Positions 8,955 through 17,284 of a stretch of DNA of 64,000 bases are shown piece after piece (position 1 is the stretch's first letter; each line of letters begins with the position of its first letter). The notes beneath the pieces were generated by a model, which had not been told where the DNA came from, did no database searches, and saw only the letters and a list, made by a program, of their open reading frames with translations. The position numbers and the translations under genes were made by a program. Source of the stretch: an uncultured virus (IMG/VR IMGVR_UViG_3300049460_000369). Its lineage: Duplodnaviria > Heunggongvirae > Uroviricota > Caudoviricetes. Location: IMG/VR virus record IMGVR_UViG_3300049460_000369; one strand, 5' to 3'.

Positions 8955-9197
8955 ATGTTGAAATTATTAGAATGTACTGCTGCCCATCGTACTACCACCA
9001 TAACTCAATATGTTGAACTGGACGGTTTTTCATATTATGACGGGTTCGATCGTGCGGTTGTAAAATTGCAGAATGATGACAAATGGTGGATTATACCAAA
9101 TGATCCGTTTGACGATTACGATTGCGATGACGTCGGGCCGTATGATACCCCAGAAGATGCACTTATGATGCTTAAATTATCCTTTGAACGATCATGA
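8955..9197 (+). CDS. WWIIP-GPYD paralog family member 2
   Basis: KWWIIP...VGPYDTPEDALMMLKL. Confidence 0.75.
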   Translation: MLKLLECTAAHRTTTITQYVELDGFSYYDGFDRAVVKLQNDDKWWIIPNDPFDDYDCDDVGPYDTPEDALMMLKLSFERS

Positions 9198-9487
9198 CCT
9201 ATAATGTTTTCAATTGGGACTATCCTAACCTGTCGTATAGTGACATAGTTGGCCCCCATCGAGGCGTAACGTACTATAACCTGCTTATCGACAAACGTAC
9301 AGGCGAAACCGTTAAGGGTATAATTGATAACGATCGCTGGGTAGTTTGTCAACTATCTGGTGACGATAACTGGTGGATCGTACCGTTATATGAAGAAAGC
9401 GAAGCGTTGGTTGACGATATAGGACCATTTGACACAATGGAAGAAGCTTTGATCCATATGAAACTTTGCAGCACTAAAATAGAATGA
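9194..9487 (+). CDS. WWIIP-GPYD paralog family member 3
   Basis: NWWIVP...IGPFDTMEEALIHMKL. Confidence 0.75.
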   Translation: MTYNVFNWDYPNLSYSDIVGPHRGVTYYNLLIDKRTGETVKGIIDNDRWVVCQLSGDDNWWIVPLYEESEALVDDIGPFDTMEEALIHMKLCSTKIE

Positions 9488-9765
9488 CAATTAAAATTTC
9501 ACACAGCACCCGTGGCAAACACCGCGACACCCAATATACTGCCACGGCCAAAGTCTACCATAACGATACCCACTTCTACGACTTCTTCATGAACGACATC
9601 CCAGTGACGATTGCAGAGCTGGCAGACACACGGTGGTGGCTAATCCCAAGTTGGGATGACCATGAGAAAGATTTTGTTGATGTGGGGCCATTTGATACGG
9701 TGGATCAAGCTGCGGTTATGTTGCGTCTTCAGAGCACGGGTAGTGAATTGATCAAAGTGGTGTGA
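9484..9765 (+). CDS. WWIIP-GPYD paralog family member 4
   Basis: RWWLIP...VGPFDTVDQAAVMLRL. Confidence 0.75.
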   Translation: MTIKISHSTRGKHRDTQYTATAKVYHNDTHFYDFFMNDIPVTIAELADTRWWLIPSWDDHEKDFVDVGPFDTVDQAAVMLRLQSTGSELIKVV

Positions 9766-9779
9766 TTGCCAGATTGTAC

Positions 9780-9808
9780 TTGATTAGTTGAACAAATGAA
9801 CCTATACT
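9780..9808 (+). promoter_or_regulatory. early promoter TTGATT-N17-TATACT with CAAATGAA box
   Basis: Direct reading of sequence. Confidence 0.7.
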
Positions 9809-9840
9809 AGGAACACGTTAAACAAACAGGGGTTCACAAA

Positions 9841-10254
9841 ATGACCATCACCAAATTCGACCGTTCCAACCTGGCTATCCTGCAAGCTGATATCGAGGCA
9901 GCACTGAAAGCTGTCGGCGAAAAACATGGCGTAAAAATCGGCGCCGGCTCGGGTAAGTTCAGCGCCACCAACTTCTCACTGAAAGTGGAATGCTTCGTGG
10001 CTGGTGCAGGTACCGGCGATGACGACGCTTCCGTGCGCCTCGACAAGTTCGCAGAAGCGTTCAAGCGTTACCAACCCCTGTACTTCAGCGATCTGACCAT
10101 GGAAGCCGTCTACCAGATCGGCACTGCCAAATACAAAATCGTGGGCTACAATAGCCGCGCCCGCGAATATCCTTTCCTGCTGAAAGATCAAGCAAGCGGC
10201 AAAGTGTTCAAGTTCCCTGAAGACCGCGTAAAAGCTGCCAAAGTCATCAGCTAA
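9841..10254 (+). CDS. hypothetical protein
   Basis: 137 aa, strongly biased codon usage, follows promoter. Confidence 0.8.
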   Translation: MTITKFDRSNLAILQADIEAALKAVGEKHGVKIGAGSGKFSATNFSLKVECFVAGAGTGDDDASVRLDKFAEAFKRYQPLYFSDLTMEAVYQIGTAKYKIVGYNSRAREYPFLLKDQASGKVFKFPEDRVKAAKVIS

Positions 10255-10336
10255 ACCTCGCGCAGTAATTCAACTATGGCCTCCTTCGTGGAGGCCATAT
10301 GCTATACTGGCACCATTACAACTTCTCGGAGCAACC

Positions 10337-10615
10337 ATGCCTCGCAGCACTGTTATCGTCGAACCCCATGAACTGTGTGACTTCGCCGAAGAGCACTACA
10401 AGATCAACAACGATCTGGCTAGCAGTCTTACCTGGTGGGTAACACCAGAATGTGAAGTACGCACGCGCACCTACGATCTCGCTGACGTGCGTCAAGAAAT
10501 CATCGACGAACCAGAGGAAGAGGCGGCTTACCCAGAATTCCCAGTTTCGCCCAACCAGCTGCTGGTCGACTACATGGTTGCAAACAACCTCACGTCCTTC
10601 ACACTCACGCAATAA
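10337..10615 (+). CDS. acidic hypothetical protein
   Basis: GGAG RBS; 92 aa. Confidence 0.7.
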   Translation: MPRSTVIVEPHELCDFAEEHYKINNDLASSLTWWVTPECEVRTRTYDLADVRQEIIDEPEEEAAYPEFPVSPNQLLVDYMVANNLTSFTLTQ

Positions 10616-10619
10616 ATAT

Positions 10620-10670
10620 ACGAACCTGCAAGAAAGTGAAATATTTTTCAAAAAGTTCTTGCAGGTTCGT
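10620..10670. repeat. 15-bp perfect inverted repeat upstream of pth2
   Basis: ACGAACCTGCAAGAA (10620-10634) / TTCTTGCAGGTTCGT (10656-10670). Confidence 0.8.
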
Positions 10671-10730
10671 TTAAGATATGTAATCATGCAGTTGTGGTGA
10701 ATAAACGCCACATTCACTTAGGAGCACATC

Positions 10731-11162
10731 ATGTTGCCACATACGTAGATTTCTGAATTTGTTCTTCCAACCCCTTCCGAGGCAATTGCTGATCCGTACC
10801 GTTTGTACGCGATTATGCGTCAAGACCTCGACATGCCAGCGGGCAAACTGTCCTCGCAAACTGGCCATGCGTATGTAAACGCAATTCTTCAGAGCCTGAA
10901 GCTGCGTCCCGAAATCGTCACCGAATATCAGGGTGATGCTGACATCGGTACGAAATGCTGCTTGGCTGCAAAAAACGAAGCAAAAATTCTCGAAGCATAT
11001 GAACGTGCTCAGGAAGCTGGTATTCCTTGTTCACTCATTATCGACGAGCATCACATCCTTCCACCGCACTTCGACGGCAAACCGATCATCACTGGTCTGG
11101 GCATTGGCCCTGCACGACGTCACGAAGTACCGTTCCTCAAGAGGTTTTCCGTATGGAAATGA
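10731..11162 (+). CDS. pth2: peptidyl-tRNA hydrolase type 2 (Pth2 family) with in-frame amber codon at codon 6
   Basis: MRQDLDMPAGKLSSQTGHA...KCCL...GIGP motifs; TAGGAG RBS before ATG 10731; TAG at 10746-10748 in frame with the Pth2 domain. Confidence 0.8.
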
Positions 11163-11443
11163 AAACTTACTGGGAAGTGGCTACCCGTTACGATCGCACC
11201 GTGATGGATGACTGGCAAGCTCGTTCACATTTCCACACTATTGCCCATCGCCTGGGTATACGAGTGAAATGGATGTCAGCCCAATCAACTCCAACTCACT
11301 GGATTGGTTATACGGCCAACAACCCATCTCCAGGATATCCAATCGATCAACATTTTTGGAAGATCGAAGATGAAGATCAGGCTGCATTGTTTCACCTCAC
11401 TTGCGGAAGCAAGATCAGGAAAGTAGAGGTGAATGATGGCTGA
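11159..11443 (+). CDS. FKL-motif paralog family member
   Basis: C-terminal IEDEDQAALFHLTC. Confidence 0.7.
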   Translation: MKTYWEVATRYDRTVMDDWQARSHFHTIAHRLGIRVKWMSAQSTPTHWIGYTANNPSPGYPIDQHFWKIEDEDQAALFHLTCGSKIRKVEVNDG

Positions 11444-11699
11444 TTACTACTCAGCTTGGGAAGTAAGAACCCCTTACGCGGATGACGAAACATTCGCAAG
11501 TGCAAAACGCCGTGTTATGCAACACGCAGAAACTCTTGGGATTGACCTCAAGTGGCGCAAGAGTAAGGGACAGAAGGGATACAAACGTTATCACTTTTGG
11601 GAAATCAACACTGAAGCAGAAGCGGCACTCTTGGTGATCGCCTGCGGAGACAAAGTAAGCAATAAGACTTACGCGGAGAGAAAGGATGAATGCAGTTGA
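11433..11699 (+). CDS. FKL-motif paralog family member
   Basis: Similar to upstream gene (WEVxTxY...LGI..KW...HFWxI..E.EAALL). Confidence 0.7.
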   Translation: MMADYYSAWEVRTPYADDETFASAKRRVMQHAETLGIDLKWRKSKGQKGYKRYHFWEINTEAEAALLVIACGDKVSNKTYAERKDECS

Positions 11700-11973
11700 T
11701 TTAGATGACGACTACGAAGATTTCGTGGGCGAAGATGAATGGGAAGATGAGAAAGCCGCAGAGGATATTTTGGATGCTCACCCAGGTTGGTTCCTGGTAA
11801 AGATCACAAATTATACCAGCAAGAAGATGGACGAAATTCTGGAATGGTGCAATGACAATTGTACAGATTCTTGGGAAAAAGTCGGCTGGTACTCTGGATG
11901 TGCTTATACCGTCGGTGTGATCCTCGAAGGTCATGTTGATGCAGTGTTGTTTCGTTTAACTTGGAGTGATTAA
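11686..11973 (+). CDS. FKL-motif paralog family member
   Basis: ILEWCNDN...W...HVDAVLFRLTW. Confidence 0.75.
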   Translation: MNAVDLDDDYEDFVGEDEWEDEKAAEDILDAHPGWFLVKITNYTSKKMDEILEWCNDNCTDSWEKVGWYSGCAYTVGVILEGHVDAVLFRLTWSD

Positions 11974-11975
11974 TC

Positions 11976-12518
11976 ATGGCAGTATATGGACTGAAACCAG
12001 CCTTCAAAGACCTGGCTGGATACAAACAATGGCGTAAAGTGTGGGCAGAAACTTACACGGTGCTGACCAGCAAGATCCGCAAAAACAAAATGAAGCTGAT
12101 CGAACTGCAACGCACGCTTGGCACGCAAGATGCATCAACCCGTAAAGCCCAGCAGATTCTGCGGGGTGAGCGTGCAATGGCCTTCAAGCTGAATAGCCTG
12201 TTGGATGAGGCAAAGATCCGAATGCAGAACATCACGAAGATGCGCAAAGAGATCCAGGATCATGTGGCTCAATTCCCACTCGAAATGGAATGCTGTAAGA
12301 ATGTTGACTTCCATTTCAACAAGAAGCATCTGGAACATGACTTTGTTCCAATGTGGATCGTGAAGGCCAAAGGCCAAAGTTTTTATGTGCAGCATGTTGA
12401 ATCGCGAGCAACATGGACAACTCGTGAAACGCCGGATCATCCGGCGACCAAAGGCGCAATTCGTTTTAAATCGTGTAATGTCAGCATCTCTGCTGACGGC
12501 GTAGCAACTATCTATTAA
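11976..12518 (+). CDS. hypothetical protein
   Basis: 180 aa, GGAG RBS. Confidence 0.75.
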   Translation: MAVYGLKPAFKDLAGYKQWRKVWAETYTVLTSKIRKNKMKLIELQRTLGTQDASTRKAQQILRGERAMAFKLNSLLDEAKIRMQNITKMRKEIQDHVAQFPLEMECCKNVDFHFNKKHLEHDFVPMWIVKAKGQSFYVQHVESRATWTTRETPDHPATKGAIRFKSCNVSISADGVATIY

Positions 12519-12536
12519 TTGAAAAGGAAGAACATC

Positions 12537-12818
12537 ATGAACGCAATCACTATCAACTTCACCACCCGTGCAACCTACCTGGAATTCAAGGCCGAATGGT
12601 CTGCCCAATACAAGGACACGGTCAACGCTATCCGTCAGGCGAAGCTGGACCTGAAGGAATGTCACCGTAAAAACCAGGACACGTATGCGACGCACAAAGC
12701 TCTGCGTGAGCTGCGTCAGGATATTGTGGATTTGGCTGCATTGAAAGCCGAAGCGAAGGTTGAAGCAAACCGTCAGTACCACGAGCAAAATACGGTTGAA
12801 GTAGCAGTCGCGGCTTAA
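12537..12818 (+). CDS. hypothetical helical protein
   Basis: AAGGAAG RBS before ATG 12537. Confidence 0.75.
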   Translation: MNAITINFTTRATYLEFKAEWSAQYKDTVNAIRQAKLDLKECHRKNQDTYATHKALRELRQDIVDLAALKAEAKVEANRQYHEQNTVEVAVAA

Positions 12819-13198
12819 CGTGATTGGCGGAGGTGCTTGATCATAGGCACCCCGCCATTTTCGTATATGTTCAATTCAGGTTCTGAGTACAGTCTCACGA
12901 AACCCATATGTCTCCAGAATGCCTCAGCATCTGGAGATTTTGCTCGTAAGTAGGCTCGTTTGATAAACTGTGGAAGTGAATTTTCCCATTCAGTATAGAG
13001 CTGGCGACCCCGACCACAGCGACGCTTTGACTCATCATAGATGATGAGGTTGGTGACGAGCGCGGTATCTGCCTCGGTAGTGCTCAGACTGGTGTTAAAC
13101 GTATAACCACATTCAGGAACTACAAATAGCATTGCGCTCTCCAAGTTTGGTTCATATGATAGCATATAAATTACACAAATGCAACTTGAAATCTTCAT
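12815..13198 (-). CDS. GNAT-family N-acetyltransferase
   Basis: Acetyl-CoA motif RRCGRGRQL and AEAFWRHMGF; start uncertain. Confidence 0.6.
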   Translation of the reverse strand: MKISSCICVIYMLSYEPNLESAMLFVVPECGYTFNTSLSTTEADTALVTNLIIYDESKRRCGRGRQLYTEWENSLPQFIKRAYLRAKSPDAEAFWRHMGFVRLYSEPELNIYENGGVPMIKHLRQSR

Positions 13199-13239
13199 CT
13201 ATTAACAAATAGATATAATCAACACTGGCTTCTATCCTT

Positions 13240-13605
13240 ATGGGTATTACAACCATGAGGCTCACTATGCTTTACCCAACTGACGACAACGTTGACACCT
13301 TCCCGGAACGCGATATGGTCCCACTCCAGATCATTATGAGTGCTCACGACATTCCAGACGGATCCACGATCACCAAGAAGACAGGCCAGAAGCCATATGT
13401 GATCAAGAGTAAGATTAAGATCTATGCGGAACAGAAGAGTGGTCTCGCTCCACAAATCCTGGAAGCACCTGGTGTGAAATACTTGATTGACGATAGTGGC
13501 AACATCAATGCTGTATCCAGCGAAGCAGAAGTAATGTGGCACACCACCACTGGAGAACTGTTGCGATTCTTGGACGAGTTTGTCAACCCAGAAGAAGACA
13601 AATAA
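13240..13605 (+). CDS. hypothetical protein
   Basis: 121-aa ORF; start may be slightly downstream. Confidence 0.65.
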   Translation: MGITTMRLTMLYPTDDNVDTFPERDMVPLQIIMSAHDIPDGSTITKKTGQKPYVIKSKIKIYAEQKSGLAPQILEAPGVKYLIDDSGNINAVSSEAEVMWHTTTGELLRFLDEFVNPEEDK

Positions 13606-13608
13606 TAG

Positions 13609-13637
13609 TTGATCGTTTGTTCATTTGCCCCTATAAT
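13609..13637 (+). promoter_or_regulatory. early promoter TTGATC-N17-TATAAT with GTTCATTTG box
   Basis: Direct reading of sequence. Confidence 0.75.
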
Positions 13638-13669
13638 AGGAACAACTTAAACGAACACGGAGCAACAAA

Positions 13670-14059
13670 ATGACCGCAGCAGCTAAGCCAACCTTCAACA
13701 AAGTACAACTGGCCTTCCTGAAAACCATCGCCGAACTGTGCAATGGCTCGCGTCCTTCGGTAAAAAACACCCGTGAAACCTCTGATGGCCTGTCGTACAC
13801 CGTTCGGGTAACCGATACCAACGACTACGGCGCACAACGCTACCTGCTGTCGCTGGGCTTTACCTCCGCAAACGTTAAATCGACCGGTGGCAGCACTCGC
13901 GGTGACTTCTCCAGCGATGCTTACGGTATTAACCTGTCACACCCAAGCGGTGTGAACGTAACCTGCGGTTCGTGGTTCGGTGGCAAGAAGCCAACCTTCA
14001 GCATCTCGATCACGGGCACCGAAGCGCAAATCGCTGCACTGACCGCGGAGGCGAAATGA
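13670..14059 (+). CDS. hypothetical protein
   Basis: GGAG RBS, follows promoter. Confidence 0.8.
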   Translation: MTAAAKPTFNKVQLAFLKTIAELCNGSRPSVKNTRETSDGLSYTVRVTDTNDYGAQRYLLSLGFTSANVKSTGGSTRGDFSSDAYGINLSHPSGVNVTCGSWFGGKKPTFSISITGTEAQIAALTAEAK

Positions 14060-14340
14060 GCTATATGCTAGTTGATGGCGTGGAAATGAATCGTAATCAT
14101 CCACGCACCTTCCAGATCCCATCCGCGATTGCCAAGGCGGGCGTCAAGGTTGGCGACTATGTGAAACTGGGCTTCTGCGAGGTTGGTCATGACAGTAACG
14201 AACGCATGTGGGTCAAGGTAACCAAGCGCGATGGCGACAAGTTTGAAGGGTACCTTGACAATGACCCAGCGTTCCTGACCTGCATCAAGTGGCAGGATAA
14301 AGTGGTGTTCGAATCGCGCCACATCATTAATTTGCCTTGA
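14056..14340 (+). CDS. DUF2314/YegJ-like protein
   Basis: GDYVKLGF...ERMWVKV...GYLDNDP; GGAGG RBS. Confidence 0.65.
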   Translation: MSYMLVDGVEMNRNHPRTFQIPSAIAKAGVKVGDYVKLGFCEVGHDSNERMWVKVTKRDGDKFEGYLDNDPAFLTCIKWQDKVVFESRHIINLP

Positions 14341-14365
14341 CAAAAAGTTTTCGTTCGTTTAATAT
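14337..14365 (+). promoter_or_regulatory. sigma70 promoter for the tRNA (TTGACA-N17-TAATAT)
   Basis: Perfect -35, 17-nt spacer, about 10 nt upstream of tRNA. Confidence 0.7.
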
Positions 14366-14374
14366 AGACGACAT

Positions 14375-14453
14375 GGGGATATAGCTCAATTGGTTAGAGC
14401 AGGGGGCACTCTAAACCCCAAGGTCTCCGGTTCGATTCCGGATATCCTCACCA
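14375..14453 (+). tRNA. tRNA with CUA (amber-suppressor) anticodon and atypical anticodon arm
   Basis: Acceptor GGGGATA/TATCCTC, D arm GCTC/GAGC, T arm TCCGG-TTCGATT-CCGGA, encoded ACCA; anticodon region GGGGG-CA-CT-CTA-AA-CCCC. Confidence 0.85.
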
Positions 14454-14476
14454 CCGACACTTTTGCACGTTTTATA

Positions 14477-14503
14477 GAGCCCGCGCCTTGCGGGCTTCTT
14501 TTT
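14477..14503 (+). terminator. intrinsic terminator after tRNA
   Basis: AGCCCGC-GCCTT-GCGGGCT followed by T-run. Confidence 0.75.
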
Positions 14504-14507
14504 GACC

Positions 14508-14966
14508 ATGATAACAATAAAACCGCTCACCTATAATCCCTTCGCAGTTCATGATGGCTTCCGCGACATTTGGCCGCAACGTGACAATGCCCCAGAGGAG
14601 GATGTGCTGTATTACCTGGAAGCCAGCCCACCAGAATTCAAATTTCTGATCTGTTTGAATGATCAGCCAATTGGCCTTACCGGCTATTGGCCGCTAACCG
14701 TAGATTCGATGGGAATGGCGTGGAGTGGTTTAATCAAAAGCCAGCAGGGCAAGGGATACTGGCCCCAAGCATTCAAACTGGTACTTGATCACATGCGCGC
14801 CGCTTACCCTGAGATCAAATACGCTATCGAGCCCATGCCACAAGAACGAGTCAACGAACTTGGCCCATACTATGAGAAACTGGGCTTCGTAAACATGAAT
14901 GTAATCATGGACCACCCAGAGCTCTATGATGCAGTAACATGGATCGAATACCGCTACACCCTGTAA
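14508..14966 (+). CDS. GNAT-family N-acetyltransferase
   Basis: PIGLTG, QQGKGYW, YYEKLGF motifs. Confidence 0.7.
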   Translation: MITIKPLTYNPFAVHDGFRDIWPQRDNAPEEDVLYYLEASPPEFKFLICLNDQPIGLTGYWPLTVDSMGMAWSGLIKSQQGKGYWPQAFKLVLDHMRAAYPEIKYAIEPMPQERVNELGPYYEKLGFVNMNVIMDHPELYDAVTWIEYRYTL

Positions 14967-14977
14967 TCAAGTTTCGC

Positions 14978-15006
14978 TTGATCTGGCGTTCATTTGAATG
15001 TATCAT
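14978..15006 (+). promoter_or_regulatory. early promoter TTGATC-N17-TATCAT with GTTCATTTGAA box
   Basis: Direct reading of sequence. Confidence 0.75.
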
Positions 15007-15031
15007 GTCTGTACGGTAAACAGAGGAGTAA

Positions 15032-15373
15032 ATGATGAATATGACGAATGAAGAACTGGACAAAGGCCTGAAGCCAAAAGAGAAAGAGTTCCTGGACAAA
15101 GTTCGCGAACTGACTCGTGCTGAAAAAAACGGCTACCGGTTCTTCATCCATCGCCGCATCGTCGGCGCGATTTGCTTCCAGCCGTTCAACGATGCTGGTA
15201 TCATTCAGTTCCCGGATAAAGACAAGTTCCGTGACCCCGAAGTGATCGCCCAAGCTGTAGAATTGTACCGTCAAGGTGCGTTCACGGCACGGCGCGATGC
15301 GATCGCGGAACAGCAAGCCAAGCTCCGCGAACTGTGCGGTCTGCCTGTCGAAAACAAGAGCGAGGACGAATAA
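15032..15373 (+). CDS. hypothetical protein
   Basis: GAGGAG RBS. Confidence 0.75.
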   Translation: MMNMTNEELDKGLKPKEKEFLDKVRELTRAEKNGYRFFIHRRIVGAICFQPFNDAGIIQFPDKDKFRDPEVIAQAVELYRQGAFTARRDAIAEQQAKLRELCGLPVENKSEDE

Positions 15374-15582
15374 TGAGCAACACTCATAAAATCCAAAAAG
15401 CATGGGAACATCACCATATCGATGGCCCTTCGCCAGACCCAAGCAATGCCGGTGGCTCGAATGCTGCTCTGCGTCACGGCAACAATCGCAAGATGTACTC
15501 CAAATTGAAGGTGACCGAACGTCGTATTGATCGGGCGCGTGATCGTGTGGAAGCACGGCAAGCAATACGGAGTGACGAATGA
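15373..15582 (+). CDS. small basic hypothetical protein
   Basis: GAGGA RBS; coupled to upstream stop. Confidence 0.6.
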   Translation: MSNTHKIQKAWEHHHIDGPSPDPSNAGGSNAALRHGNNRKMYSKLKVTERRIDRARDRVEARQAIRSDE

Positions 15583-15836
15583 CCATGCTATCGTTCAACA
15601 ACGTGTTCGCCATTCTGGGCACCTGGGTTGATGGTGATGTTACGAGCTACGACGAGACCACTTACGATGACGAGATCATGGCTCAACGTGTGGCGCAGTA
15701 TGCCAACAACGAACGCGCAAAACAAGACGACGGTCAGCCTTTGGTACACTACAAGGCCGTGACGTTGACCGAATACATCAAAGCCCTCACGACACAAGCT
15801 GAACGTGAAGGCTATCGCCAAGGAGCAGACTCGTGA
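15579..15836 (+). CDS. hypothetical protein
   Basis: Coupled ORF. Confidence 0.7.
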   Translation: MTMLSFNNVFAILGTWVDGDVTSYDETTYDDEIMAQRVAQYANNERAKQDDGQPLVHYKAVTLTEYIKALTTQAEREGYRQGADS

Positions 15837-16144
15837 AATTTCCACTCAACCAACTCTTCGTGGTCCTATACCAGAGCAGCATTCTGGATCAGCCCGTCAT
15901 TCACGATGATGAAGTCCATACTACCGAAGTTGATGCTCAGCTGGAATGCCAAAAGCTCAACGAAGACCTGGGCGTGAAACGTCGCTATACTTACATGAGC
16001 CTCAGTCGCTACATGCAGCAAGCGACTGAGGTTGTAAATGACGATCCCATCCCTTGTCCGACCTGCATCGGCTCCCGGGTATTGGGTGAGATTCGTGGCG
16101 TCCCATGCAGCAATTGCGGTGGTCGTGGTCTGATCGACAAGTGA
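15833..16144 (+). CDS. hypothetical protein with DnaJ-type CxxCxGxG zinc-finger pair
   Basis: CPTCIGSR...CSNCGGRG. Confidence 0.65.
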   Translation: MKFPLNQLFVVLYQSSILDQPVIHDDEVHTTEVDAQLECQKLNEDLGVKRRYTYMSLSRYMQQATEVVNDDPIPCPTCIGSRVLGEIRGVPCSNCGGRGLIDK

Positions 16145-16159
16145 CCTAGGAGAATTATC

Positions 16160-16468
16160 ATGCGCGAACACTTGAATTGGTACGAAGTTCAACAGCTAGT
16201 GGCTGGCTTTAGCGACAAGACGTCGTATCAATATTTCAAGGCTGAAATGAAAGCTCGCTTCAACGATTTGTCGCAGCAGATCGTTGAAGCAAAGGCAATC
16301 ATGCACGAAGCCCAGCGCATGGCTGCCGAAGATAATACCAAGCCAAATCGCATCGCTATGTCGATCGCACAGAATCATCGCCGATACCTGCGTCGTCAGG
16401 CAGAAACAATCAACGCTGCCCGCTATACCGCCAAGCAGCGCGCAATCAAACTGGCACAAGCCAAGTAA
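16160..16468 (+). CDS. hypothetical protein
   Basis: AGGAG RBS. Confidence 0.75.
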   Translation: MREHLNWYEVQQLVAGFSDKTSYQYFKAEMKARFNDLSQQIVEAKAIMHEAQRMAAEDNTKPNRIAMSIAQNHRRYLRRQAETINAARYTAKQRAIKLAQAK

Positions 16469-16479
16469 AGGAGCATCAC

Positions 16480-16842
16480 ATGAACGAAGAAAACCAAAAA
16501 TATCTGGCCGATCTACCGCTGCGTCTGATGACCCTGGCTGCTCTCTGCGGGGAGCATCCGGAAGTTACCGTGAAACCGAAAGTGATTCAAGGTCAGCCAG
16601 GATTCGAGTTCACCTTCCCACCAGATCATACCGATCACGACTCAACCTTCCACGCACCGCATCCGCAGGACTACGAATTGCATGTTCTGTCGGCCCAGCA
16701 TTACGTGAAGATTGTTGAAGATGAACTACAACGGCTCATTACCGAAAAACGTGAACACCAGGCTCAACTGGCTCTGGGCCACAAGCTGTTGAGCCAGCTG
16801 TCAACAGCTGACGTCGAGGCACTGAAGCTGGTCATCAAGTAA
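16480..16842 (+). CDS. hypothetical protein
   Basis: AAGGAG RBS. Confidence 0.75.
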   Translation: MNEENQKYLADLPLRLMTLAALCGEHPEVTVKPKVIQGQPGFEFTFPPDHTDHDSTFHAPHPQDYELHVLSAQHYVKIVEDELQRLITEKREHQAQLALGHKLLSQLSTADVEALKLVIK

Positions 16843-16845
16843 TGC

Positions 16846-16874
16846 TTGATTCGTTTATCAAATGAATGTATCAT
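16846..16874 (+). promoter_or_regulatory. early promoter TTGATT-N17-TATCAT with TCAAATGAA box
   Basis: Direct reading of sequence. Confidence 0.75.
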
Positions 16875-16904
16875 GTTTGTATGGTAAACGAGATGGAGCA
16901 AAAC

Positions 16905-17282
16905 ATGAACAAAGTCATCCTGCACACAGGCTACTTCCCTGACATTGAAACCCTGGTGCGTGACTTGGGTTGCAACCTGCAAGTGGCTGGTAACATCCAC
17001 ATGACCCCGAAAGAAATGAGTGAGTACGGATATTACATCCGCCCGCACGTCGGTGACTGGGCAGCTATGGGTGATAACCACGTGTTCACCAACAGCGATC
17101 ATGTTCTGAATGGGCTGCGCCTCGCCCTGAAAAAAGGTGAACTGAACGTTGAACAAGTTCAAGTATTCTTCCACGAATTTGAGACCGCTCCGGTGGAAAT
17201 AAAATTCTCGCAAAACGGTCGTTCGAGCAACTGGCCTGAAGGTTTCATGGACCAGATCGAAAACGATCTGTCGCAACTGTAA
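16905..17282 (+). CDS. stand-alone DUF3696-like C-terminal fragment of AAA15/AAA21-type ABC ATPases
   Basis: TNSDHVLNGLRLALKKG...NG..SNWPEGFMDQIENDL; no Walker A. Confidence 0.65.
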   Translation: MNKVILHTGYFPDIETLVRDLGCNLQVAGNIHMTPKEMSEYGYYIRPHVGDWAAMGDNHVFTNSDHVLNGLRLALKKGELNVEQVQVFFHEFETAPVEIKFSQNGRSSNWPEGFMDQIENDLSQL

Positions 17283-17284
17283 CG

